In this document: positions 22,034-30,011 of the stretch, piece after piece
Layout of the letters: each line of letters opens with the position of its first letter
Numbering within the stretch: the first letter of the stretch is position 1
Assembly (NCBI GenBank): GCA_030583805.1
Contig: CP129476.1
Span: 669,640 to 733,639, forward strand
Length of the DNA stretch: 64,000 nt
Source: Patescibacteria group bacterium
GTDB taxonomy: Bacteria > Patescibacteriota > Patescibacteriia > SG8-24 > DYFX01
Reading direction: 5' to 3'
Position numbers and translations under genes: made by a program
Notes under the pieces: model-generated
Told to the model about the DNA's origin: nothing
What the model saw: the letters and a program-made list of their open reading frames with translations, nothing else
The model's database searches: none

Positions 22034-22346
22034 GTTTATTTGCTTGCTGACTTACGTTGGACAGAAGCGCCTTCACACGCTCCTTTTGATCATTGGACAT
22101 CCACTGTGCCCAATACCCCTGATATGAGGCAAGTTGTAGATAGGCGTTATACGCCGCGTCACCAGCGAATAGCTGTTGTGCCTGCGGTGAGCGGGTAACT
22201 AGTGTGGGGCTGTTGGTAGTGGCACGCAGCACCAGTCTTTGCGTGTCGGGCTGGTTATTTTCAGCGGTTTCTAAGCACCACTCAATATGGTCGAGCAATG
22301 CTCCATGCTTTGCGACATTATCACTGATTGGGATGCGAAAAAACAT
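22002..22346 (-). CDS. Hypothetical protein (114 aa), co-operonic with the OLD-like gene
   Basis: The ORF overlaps the downstream ATPase start by 32 nt. It has no known motif and the island's low-GC composition. Confidence 0.4.
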   Translation of the reverse strand: MFFRIPISDNVAKHGALLDHIEWCLETAENNQPDTQRLVLRATTNSPTLVTRSPQAQQLFAGDAAYNAYLQLASYQGYWAQWMSNDQKERVKALLSNVSQQANKHGVKNFQGRK

Positions 22347-22349
22347 ACT

Positions 22350-22562
22350 TCAGTTCTCGGTTCTCTCATTAATGAGCTCGCCTAAACATACAAGGTAAGC
22401 GACGCTAATGCCTACCACGAAAGCACGTTGTACCATTCCGCCACCGAAGACGTAGCCCAGAAGTGTGCCGCCAACAAACGCTGCGACCTGCTGAAGAATG
22501 ATCCTGCGAATTGGTGCCTCGCCTATTCCATACCAGCCCCAAAACCCTCTCTCTTTTTTCAT
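22350..22562 (-). CDS. Small two-TM membrane protein (hypothetical)
   Basis: MKKERGFWGWYG... with two hydrophobic helices. It is the first gene of the three-gene minus-strand operon. The start is uncertain (no SD). Confidence 0.35.
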   Translation of the reverse strand: MKKERGFWGWYGIGEAPIRRIILQQVAAFVGGTLLGYVFGGGMVQRAFVVGISVAYLVCLGELINERTEN

Positions 22563-22815
22563 ACCCGTGGTTGGATTTATTGGCAGGACGCACAAAGCTC
22601 CCCGCCAGCGATGGCTTGCGCCACCCATGCAAGTTTCCCTGCATGACCAACCACGGTGCTCTGACGAGGAGCCCTATACCGTGGTTGGTTTAGATGCCGT
22701 GCCCAGCGTTTTAGGCTGGGGTTAGGCACTATGAATTGTGGTGGTAATTTATCACATCTGGACCAGAAAGCTACAATGCTCGCTCCAAGACGCCTACTTT
22801 CAAAATTCGCTAAAC

Positions 22816-24273
22816 ATGGCTAGGCTTGTTAGCAACACCCCCCCCTTCACTCAGAAGACAATGATTGAAAAAACTGAAATAGAGGCCAAGGCAAAGGAGT
22901 TTGAGCTACACGTCGCAAATGTACAACGTGACTATGTTTTTGGTTGGCTACTTTTTGGTATTTTTACTTCAAGCAAATTAAAAGATCAGATTTTTTTGAA
23001 AGGCGGAAATGCATTACGCAAAGGGTATTTCCGTGACACACGCTTTTCAAGCGATTTGGACCTCGGTATTCCAAATGACATTGAACAGACTGTTTTGCTC
23101 GATGAGTTCAATGCTGTCTGCGCCTTTGTTGAGCATCACGCGGGGATTTCATTTGTTACGGATGAAAATAAAGTTGAGGAGAAGTTTGCCGCCGCCGAAG
23201 CGCCGATCCCTGGGTTGCGGGTCTATGAGGCCCGGATTTATTTCAGGGATTTCTATGGTAAAGCCGATCATTTCAAAATAAAGGTGGCGATGGACATCAC
23301 CCGTTTCGACAAGGTTCTATTACCGATACAATCGGTTGATTTGATACATCCATACTCTGATGCCAGCGATGTCGCCTGCAAAATCCAGTGTATGAAGTTG
23401 GAGGAGATCATCGCCACGAAATTGAAATGTCTTTTGCAAAGGGAGCATGCTCCTGATTTGTTCGATTACGTATATTCAATCAAACAGCTGGGCGGCGAGC
23501 TCAACAAAACCGAGGTAATTACGACGCTGGTTCAGAAAACAATTTTCGGACGCAACCCACATGTTCTGAAATGTATTCTACGAAATACACCTTTTGACTA
23601 TTTCAAAAGCTATTGGGCAACGACCGTTGTGTGTGCGAAACAATTTATCTTTGGAGTAGAAGAAGCAATTACGTTTTTTCTTTCTGACCTCGAAGGCTTG
23701 TTCACCATTTACCCGGATAATGGCTTCGAAGCGTTTGCTTACTTTGGACCAGAATTGAGATTGCCGATCATGAAGGCTGGGAGAGAGCAGACACTGCTCA
23801 AAATTTGCTATAAGGGAGCGGATAGGCTGGTCGAGCCCTACTCTCTGAAGTACATGCAACGTAAGGATGGCGTAGAGAGAGAATATCTATACGTCTACAA
23901 TCTAAGCGGCGGAGATAGCGAGCCCGGAATACGTTCATTTGTCGCGGAGAAAATTGAAGCAATCGAAAATACGAATGAAAAATTCGCCCCTCGGGCGCAA
24001 ATCGAATTATCAAAGGCTGGAGAGCTACCAGAAAATCCATACCTTTTTGACCCAGATAGGCCAACTCCCGCTCCACGCCCCCGCCATCGCGTCAGTAAGT
24101 TGACCCGAGGCTGGGGAAGCGCGGCGTCGTCAATCAAATACATCTATCAGTGTAGCTATTGCGGTCGAAAATTTTCTAAATCGAAACATGACGGATCGCT
24201 GCGAGAGCACAAAGACAAGGGAGGCTATCGCTGCGGAGGTAGGCACGGCTTCTATGTCGACACAAAATACTAA
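22816..24273 (+). CDS. AbiEii/DUF1814-like nucleotidyltransferase fused to a C-terminal zinc-ribbon (candidate abortive-infection/defence protein)
   Basis: The N-terminal motif IFLKGGNALRKGYFRDTRFSSDLDLG matches the AbiEii-type pol-beta NTase signature (hGG-x9-13-DhDh). The C-terminus YQCSYCGRKF...H...H..C...C is Cys/His-rich. The start is uncertain (22738 GTG, 22816 ATG, or 22861 ATG). A possible -10 TACAAT lies at 22772-22777. Confidence 0.6.
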   Translation: MARLVSNTPPFTQKTMIEKTEIEAKAKEFELHVANVQRDYVFGWLLFGIFTSSKLKDQIFLKGGNALRKGYFRDTRFSSDLDLGIPNDIEQTVLLDEFNAVCAFVEHHAGISFVTDENKVEEKFAAAEAPIPGLRVYEARIYFRDFYGKADHFKIKVAMDITRFDKVLLPIQSVDLIHPYSDASDVACKIQCMKLEEIIATKLKCLLQREHAPDLFDYVYSIKQLGGELNKTEVITTLVQKTIFGRNPHVLKCILRNTPFDYFKSYWATTVVCAKQFIFGVEEAITFFLSDLEGLFTIYPDNGFEAFAYFGPELRLPIMKAGREQTLLKICYKGADRLVEPYSLKYMQRKDGVEREYLYVYNLSGGDSEPGIRSFVAEKIEAIENTNEKFAPRAQIELSKAGELPENPYLFDPDRPTPAPRPRHRVSKLTRGWGSAASSIKYIYQCSYCGRKFSKSKHDGSLREHKDKGGYRCGGRHGFYVDTKY

Positions 24274-24664
24274 ACTTGTTTCCGTTGATTTCGTTCCACG
24301 ATAGCTCGTATATCTGCCGAAATCTGTGCCAGGCCGGGAAACTCGAGTTGTTGACGTTCGCCCCACCCCTCAACCCATTGAAGCCACAGCTTACGGTCTG
24401 CGGAGGCACCCGAACTTGGGCTCACAGCTCTCTTGTAAAGAGCCTGAATAACGTCGGGGGTTTTGTCTTTGGTCCAAGCAGCCATTGATCTTCGGACGCG
24501 CTCATCAAATCCGGTGACGAGCCTCCAATCAGAGAGTGTCGCCGGATCAACATCCAAAAGCACTGCCAATTCTTTCTGATTACGTGGACGTCGCAGAGGT
24601 GTAGGAAGCGCACACCACGCAACAAATTTCTCGAATTCGACTATCTTTTTTGTAAGAGACATAA
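24270..24664 (-). CDS. Small HTH DNA-binding protein (terminase-small-subunit-like, or a possible recombination directionality factor)
   Basis: Start MSLTKKIVEFEKF. The predicted HTH is ...NQKELAVLLDVDPATLSDWR. It is convergent with the NTase gene and is the last gene of the low-GC island. Confidence 0.4.
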
Positions 24665-24820
24665 TTGGCTTAAATTGGCATAGCGACGCCCGTTCCATCA
24701 CCTCGTGGCACCTAGTGTGTAGGAACGATAGTCCTGCGAGGAAGGCTGTCAGCAAAGAGCTTCCATTGTTTGAGCTCGGCCACGATTTCGTTCCAGATTT
24801 CAGTGGTCCGGGCTACCACC

Positions 24821-24855
24821 AAAACACCCGCCTAAACGGCGGGTGTTTTGTTTTT
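24821..24855. terminator. Bidirectional terminator at the right edge of the island
   Basis: The hairpin acacccgcctaaacggcgggtgt is flanked by aaaa on one side and tttgttttt on the other. Confidence 0.65.
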
Positions 24856-24873
24856 AAAAATTAGGCGCGAATC

Positions 24874-24902
24874 TTGACGTTGTCGGTTTTCTCTGCTATT
24901 TT
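24874..24902 (+). promoter_or_regulatory. Putative sigma-70 promoter for 24937-25920
   Basis: TTGACG, a 17-nt spacer, then TATTTT. A GGAGG SD lies before the GTG start. Confidence 0.4.
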
Positions 24903-24936
24903 CCGATCACATCATTGATGGTTAGAGGAGGCTCAC

Positions 24937-25920
24937 GTGAACAATGACGTAGTGGTCTTTCCAAGAGACTTCGCCCCGGCTCACGCCTTGCAGAACCCCG
25001 AAACGCTGATCGCCTGCGGCGACGCGGTCTCGGCAGGATCGGTCTCGGGCGACACCATCGAGGTCGACGTGGGTTCACGGCCGCTTCGGCTCGTCCTGCG
25101 GGGCTTCAAGATCATGGATCCCCCGAGGCCCGCCCGATCCAACGGCTCCAACGCCCTGTACCTGGCGAGCGGCAAGGACAAGCGGGACGGACTCCTGCTG
25201 CAGTACCTTCCGCCGCACGCGACGACGTCGCTGCACTTTCACGCCTGCACCCGCGAGACGTTCCACCTGCTGGCCGGCCAGGCCGCCCTCAGGACGCCCT
25301 GGGGTACGGAAGTTCCCCTGAACGTGCGCCGCAGCGTCACCAACGACGAGTTCGTCCCGCACCAGGTCGTGACCGCCGAATCCGCATCGGTCATCCTGCT
25401 CGAGATGGCATTGCCGTCCGAGTCCACGGGCATGAAGGATCACTTCTACGTGGACGCGAACACCGCGCTCGACATCCATTCCAAGGGTGCGTATCCATCT
25501 TCCGAGCTGAGCAACTTCGCAGCGCACGGCTTCTCCATCGACGGCGTCGACTGCGCTTCGATGGAGGGGTTCCTCCAGTCCCTCAAGGAACCCGATCCGG
25601 AAGTCCAGCGCATGATCTGCAAGCTCGTCGGCGGCGAAGCCAAGCGCCGCGGCGAGAAGTTGAACCTGGCCAGGCTGCCCTCGGATCCGCTCCACTGGCA
25701 GGGTCAGGTCATCGATCGTCGATCGCAGTCATACCAGCAGCTGCTGGACCGAGCCTACGCGGAGCTGGCGAAGAGCGGCAGCTTTCAGAAAGCGCTGGCG
25801 GCCACGGGGGAAGCCCTGCTGGTACACAGCATCGGCAAGAAGCTGCCGGAAGACACGATCCTCACGGAGACGGAGCTGTGCTCCAGGCTGCTGCGGATTC
25901 GATATTCGCTGCAGTCGTGA
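24937..25920 (+). CDS. Hypothetical protein with N-terminal cupin-like domain
   Basis: GTG start with a GGAGG SD. The segment TSLHFHACTRETFHLLAGQAAL resembles the cupin HxH...E...G motif. The C-terminal ~150 aa are unassigned. Confidence 0.5.
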   Translation: MNNDVVVFPRDFAPAHALQNPETLIACGDAVSAGSVSGDTIEVDVGSRPLRLVLRGFKIMDPPRPARSNGSNALYLASGKDKRDGLLLQYLPPHATTSLHFHACTRETFHLLAGQAALRTPWGTEVPLNVRRSVTNDEFVPHQVVTAESASVILLEMALPSESTGMKDHFYVDANTALDIHSKGAYPSSELSNFAAHGFSIDGVDCASMEGFLQSLKEPDPEVQRMICKLVGGEAKRRGEKLNLARLPSDPLHWQGQVIDRRSQSYQQLLDRAYAELAKSGSFQKALAATGEALLVHSIGKKLPEDTILTETELCSRLLRIRYSLQS

Positions 25921-26117
25921 ACCAATCCATTTCTCCTCATGCACGCGCCTCGACAGGCCGAGCTCTCTTGCTCACCCTGTCTGCAGGCGCTTTTTTGTTT
26001 GATTGACGTATCTTTCCTTTGAAGAAAATGATCACCTGACCCCTAGGTACCAGGTACTCGTCACCTTCTGCAAAAAGAAAAACCCGCCCGAGGAGGACCC
26101 TCGAACGGGCACACATG

Positions 26118-27056
26118 CTAGTTCAGCCTGCGAATGAGCTTCTGAAGCGGGCGACGAGCTTCGTCGACCAACTCTGGGGAGTGCGCGTCGACCAAGCCGC
26201 TAGAGAGATGATCTCGCAGATTGGCCGCGAGCGCTGCAACCTCGTCGGTATTGACCTGCTTCTCACCTCGCGCGACCTGGGAAGCCACATCGAGCAGAGC
26301 CTTGATCGAAAGGGCTTGCGCCGATGCGTAAGAAAAACGCTCGGCCTCGTCAACCTTCCTTGAAGGATCTGAGGGTTGGGGCGCCATCTCGGGCTGCGTC
26401 GCAAGGTACTGCTTGAGCACCTGCTCGCGCTGCGCATAGGCCGCGCGTTCCGCCTGATCCTTCGTATGCCAAGCCGTGGTCGAGGCATGCTGGTGCGCCG
26501 TATACGCCGCGCTCCGCGCAGAAGCATGGCGGGTATACGCCGAGCTACGTCTCTGCGCATGACGGGTATAGGCCGCGCTACGAGCCGTTTGATGCGTCTG
26601 GTAGGCGGATGCATCGAACGGCTTGCTCGAGGCGGATTGCCGTGCCGTATCCGCCTTGGCGTAGGCGCGATCGCGCTCGGCATCCGCTGCAGCATATTCC
26701 GCATCGCGCTCCCTGTCCGCTCGAACATAAGCGGTATCCCGCTTTTCCTGAGCATCGATGAGAGCAGCTTTGTATTGACTCTTGGCGTCCTGGATCGCCC
26801 CGACGTAGGAGGCCTGCGCAGCGCGCAGGGGCGCAGCCGGACCGAACAAGAGCTTGGCACGCGCCTCTTGCTCTGCTTTCCACGACGACTCGAACGGCTT
26901 GAGTTGCTCTTCGAGCGTTTGAAGATCGATCGAGCCTGCAAGCATACCGCCCCTTGATGTTCTCGAAGATCGGCTTTTCAGAACGAATAGGACTACGAGG
27001 GTCGTGAGCGCAGCCGTGACTGCGGAAACTACGATGGGGAGATAAAAAGAGCTCAT
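26118..27056 (-). CDS. Membrane-anchored low-complexity repeat protein (hypothetical)
   Basis: An N-terminal TM helix is followed by imperfect tandem peptide repeats (AYTRHAQRRSSAYTRHASARSAAYTAHQ; RDTAYVRADRERDAEYAAADAERDRAYAKAD). The repeats are also visible at nucleotide level as ~27-30 bp repeats at ~26440-26600. Confidence 0.55.
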   Translation of the reverse strand: MSSFYLPIVVSAVTAALTTLVVLFVLKSRSSRTSRGGMLAGSIDLQTLEEQLKPFESSWKAEQEARAKLLFGPAAPLRAAQASYVGAIQDAKSQYKAALIDAQEKRDTAYVRADRERDAEYAAADAERDRAYAKADTARQSASSKPFDASAYQTHQTARSAAYTRHAQRRSSAYTRHASARSAAYTAHQHASTTAWHTKDQAERAAYAQREQVLKQYLATQPEMAPQPSDPSRKVDEAERFSYASAQALSIKALLDVASQVARGEKQVNTDEVAALAANLRDHLSSGLVDAHSPELVDEARRPLQKLIRRLN

Positions 27057-27201
27057 GGCCTAGCGATACTCCTTTATGGACCTTTTTGTCAATAGCCCTG
27101 GGTTCCACGCTCTCGCGACAGCCTGCCCCTTTAGTACCAGGTACCCATTTCAAAAAAATGACACGACCGATAGTCGTGTCACGAAGCCCTGCGTTGTAGG
27201 T

Positions 27202-28266
27202 CTAGATCTCGCTAATCCCGAGAATCTCGAGTGCGCGCTCCTCGAGCTGACGCGCTCGTTCTCGAGTGATGCCACCCATCTCCTCGCCAACCTCTTCCAG
27301 GGTGCGATAGGTGGACGGCACGCTTCCATCGAGACCGAAGCGCAGCTCGATCGCTCGCCCGAAGTTCGCTTGCGATGAGGAGGCAAGAGCGCGGAGGCGA
27401 CCGTCTCGCCGAGCGGCGACAAGTTCCTTCAGCACGTCGAGGCGCGCGAGCGGCAGATTCGCAGGAAGCGCGGCGAGACCGAGCTCTTTGGCAAGCGCCT
27501 GCCGCTGCTCAGCGGACTTCAATAGCGGTCGAAGTTTCTCGACACGGCGCTTCAGCATGGCCGCCATCTGCCTCGAACGCTTGTTGGCTGGAAAACCTCC
27601 ATCGAGGTAATACAGGATGCCGTTGATATACGCCGAGATTGCGTGCTCGAGAATCGGCGCTAGTCCGAACATCGGACACAGCTCGCGTTGCGGTATGTAT
27701 TCCTCACCGTCCAGGCAGAAGTACCTGGCCGTCATGAGCGCCGAGTCCCAGCGCATGGCGACAAGCTCCTCGAAGAGCGTTCGCTGCTCTCCCTCAAGTC
27801 GAAGAAGAAACTGCCGCTGAGGCTCATACGTCTTCGAGATGATCCGACCGGGCTCCCAGGCCAGCTCAGGCCTAACATGACCCGTCTGCACCGCGACCCC
27901 GCGCTCCGCAAGAAGCTTGAGCGCACTGTCGGGATGAAGCCTGCGGTGCATCGAGGGCAGGACCTGGAAGGTCTGGAGATTCGGTGCACGCTCCAACACC
28001 AGCTCAACTGCCCAGAGCATTGGCGCTCCGTCGACGTGAACGAACGTCACCTTGTCATCCAACGTCCTGAAGGACTGATCTTCCTTTCCGAACTTTGGAC
28101 GGACGACATGAATGCCAGCCTGGAGAAGCTGCTTGGCATTCACGGCGCTGTTGCCGAACTCGGTCTTGACCTCGGAGCGAGCCGGCATCCGGGAAGGCTT
28201 GGCCTTCTCGGAGGGTGAGCACCGGGAACAGAATTCCTTGCGCAGTCCATGGGGACAGCGTTCCAT
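27202..28266 (-). CDS. Zn-ribbon protein with C-terminal sigma-70 region 4-like HTH (orphan region 4)
   Basis: The N-terminus is CPHGLRKEFCSRC. The C-terminus LRALASSSQANFGRAIELRFGLDGSVPSTYRTLEEVGEEMGGITRERARQLEERALEIL closely parallels RpoD regions 4.1/4.2. No region 2 is recognisable. Confidence 0.6.
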   Translation of the reverse strand: MERCPHGLRKEFCSRCSPSEKAKPSRMPARSEVKTEFGNSAVNAKQLLQAGIHVVRPKFGKEDQSFRTLDDKVTFVHVDGAPMLWAVELVLERAPNLQTFQVLPSMHRRLHPDSALKLLAERGVAVQTGHVRPELAWEPGRIISKTYEPQRQFLLRLEGEQRTLFEELVAMRWDSALMTARYFCLDGEEYIPQRELCPMFGLAPILEHAISAYINGILYYLDGGFPANKRSRQMAAMLKRRVEKLRPLLKSAEQRQALAKELGLAALPANLPLARLDVLKELVAARRDGRLRALASSSQANFGRAIELRFGLDGSVPSTYRTLEEVGEEMGGITRERARQLEERALEILGISEI

Positions 28267-28567
28267 TTGGAACCTTATTCGCCACCGGGGAAAGAACCTA
28301 TTCGGTCGTTCCGGGACGAATACGGCTGGTGATGGCTCACCAGACAGACTCGTCCCAGAAACAACCCATACAATCAGAAACAGGGGGTTTTGTCAATCAA
28401 GCCGTCTACCATAAGAAACGCTCCTCCACGGAAGGTCTCTTTTTGTTGTAGCGTCTAGATACTTGACGGCTTGTCTTTTTGATGATGAAGTCCACCGTTC
28501 ACGCGCCGTACGCAGTCTGATCCAGACCGCTTCGTGCGCGTGCGCAGTCATCACCAAGGAGGATGCG

Positions 28568-29278
28568 ATGGCTTCTGGAGATACCGAGACCGCTCTGCAG
28601 CTCCCAGCTGCCCGCGCCATGCGGAAGACGCATTGGTTCATGGCTCTGCTCGCATTCTGCTTCGGCTGGATGCGGAGGCCCTTCGCTCGCAAAGCGCTCA
28701 AGGGCACGAGCGAGCCCAAGCCGCTGCCGCCCGCGCCGCCGCAAGAGGAAGTGCTGCTGCCAGCTCCACCTCTCGATCCCAAGATCGTGCGCGGCCAAGA
28801 GCTGTGGAAGAAGCTGCGCGATCATCCCGCATCCGGCTGCACGTATCGGGGCTGGGATGCGGACAAGCGCTGCAAGATCGATCGTGAGCTGCCGGGATAC
28901 ATGGGCGCGCAGGGGCTCACGCCCGAGGATCTGGGAATCAGCTTGGCTGATCTCAAGGCCGCCGCTCGACGCATCCCGATCGCTCACACCCGAGGCTACA
29001 TGGAGCGCGCGGGGAGGGGCGATTTCGGTCCAGCCTTCACGGACGATCTGGAGAAGCGCATCACCACGCACAAGCTCACGCGCGAGGAGCTGGGCGTGAC
29101 GCCTGAGCAGATCGCCGCCATCTCGCGCGCGGAGAACATCAACGCCGGCATGACCGTGCTCCGGCTGCTGCGCGAAGGGCACATGACCCTGGAAGAGTTC
29201 CGCAACTCGTTGCGATGGCGCAACCTCACCGCCGCCGATCTCGGCACGACCGAACAAGAATTCGTGCTCTATCAGTAG
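28568..29278 (+). CDS. Hypothetical protein
   Basis: ATG (MASGDTE) has an AAGGAGG SD. A hydrophobic segment sits near the N-terminus. There is no recognisable domain. Confidence 0.5.
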   Translation: MASGDTETALQLPAARAMRKTHWFMALLAFCFGWMRRPFARKALKGTSEPKPLPPAPPQEEVLLPAPPLDPKIVRGQELWKKLRDHPASGCTYRGWDADKRCKIDRELPGYMGAQGLTPEDLGISLADLKAAARRIPIAHTRGYMERAGRGDFGPAFTDDLEKRITTHKLTREELGVTPEQIAAISRAENINAGMTVLRLLREGHMTLEEFRNSLRWRNLTAADLGTTEQEFVLYQ

Positions 29279-29387
29279 CGCCTCTGACGCCGCACCGGGC
29301 GGCCTCGAGGCGCTTTTTTAATCCCCTATGTCCCCGACATAACCTGTGCTAAATTATCCGCCGACCTCTTCTTAACAAACTTCAGAC

Positions 29388-29945
29388 ATGAAAAAATCTT
29401 CCCTCGTTGCCGTGATCGCGCTGCCGCTCTTGTTCACCGCCGTCATGGCTCAAGCTGCGGGAAGCAGCCCGTGGACGGCCGTCTGGTCGGCGATCGACGA
29501 ACTGCGCGCGCAAGTTGATGCGCTCGCGCCCGTCCCGGGGCCGCAGGGCGAACCTGGGCCGATGGGTCCGCAAGGTCCGCAGGGCGAAACCGGACCGATG
29601 GGTCCGCAAGGCGAGCCTGGTGCCGACGGCCAGCAAGGTCCGGCAGGGACGCAGGGCCCGGCCGGCACGTCGATCGATCGCTCGCAGCTCTACACCAAAT
29701 TCAGCATGGTGGAAGTCCCCGGCATCGGAAACCCCGGAGTATCCTTGCAGGTCGCTTGCAACGATGCGAACGACATCCTGATCGGTGGCGGCTACTGGGT
29801 GCAGCACGGAGACATCCGCGTTCTGAGCAGCTATCCGTCACGCCCGCAGTTTGCCAACGCTCTTCACATGTGGGCCGTCGGATTCACCTCCTTCGGCGCG
29901 GCCGGCCAAGCGCAAGTCATCGCCGACTGCTTGCGCGTCGAGTAA
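29388..29945 (+). CDS. Secreted collagen-like (Gly-X-Y) repeat protein with C-terminal globular domain
   Basis: A signal peptide ([23 protein letters not shown]) is followed by 14 uninterrupted GXY triplets ([44 protein letters not shown]) and a ~100-aa C-terminal domain. Confidence 0.75.
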   Translation: MKKSSLVAVIALPLLFTAVMAQAAGSSPWTAVWSAIDELRAQVDALAPVPGPQGEPGPMGPQGPQGETGPMGPQGEPGADGQQGPAGTQGPAGTSIDRSQLYTKFSMVEVPGIGNPGVSLQVACNDANDILIGGGYWVQHGDIRVLSSYPSRPQFANALHMWAVGFTSFGAAGQAQVIADCLRVE

Positions 29946-29952
29946 GTTTCAA

Positions 29953-30010
29953 AAGAACGCTCCCCCGGAGCGTTCTTTTTTTAGAAAAAAACGCGCCGTG
30001 AAAGCGCGTT
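29953..30010. terminator. Pair of convergent rho-independent terminators
   Basis: aagaacgctcccccggagcgttctttttt serves the plus strand and aaacgcgccgtgaaagcgcgtt preceded by aaaaaaa serves the minus strand. Confidence 0.65.
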
Positions 30011-30011
30011 G

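Larger units (their letters stand above)
18349..24860. mobile_element. Low-GC integrative island at tRNA-Glu (serine-recombinase-mediated), carrying defence-like cargo
   Basis: GC drops sharply from ~65% to ~45% between ~18.4 and ~24.85 kb. The island starts with a large serine recombinase whose 3' end overlaps the tRNA. The right boundary is a GC step, a short tRNA-3'-end-like repeat (GGGCTACCA...AAA at 24810-24824), and a bidirectional terminator. Confidence 0.7.

Noticed and set aside
24937-29300. Possibility that the mobile island extends through the block of hypothetical genes to ~29.3 kb.
   Set aside because: Composition returns to host-like high GC at ~24.86 kb and a terminator separates the blocks. 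Without comparative data I place the boundary there, but these genes (cupin protein, repeat protein, sigma-r4 protein) could be an older, ameliorated island.
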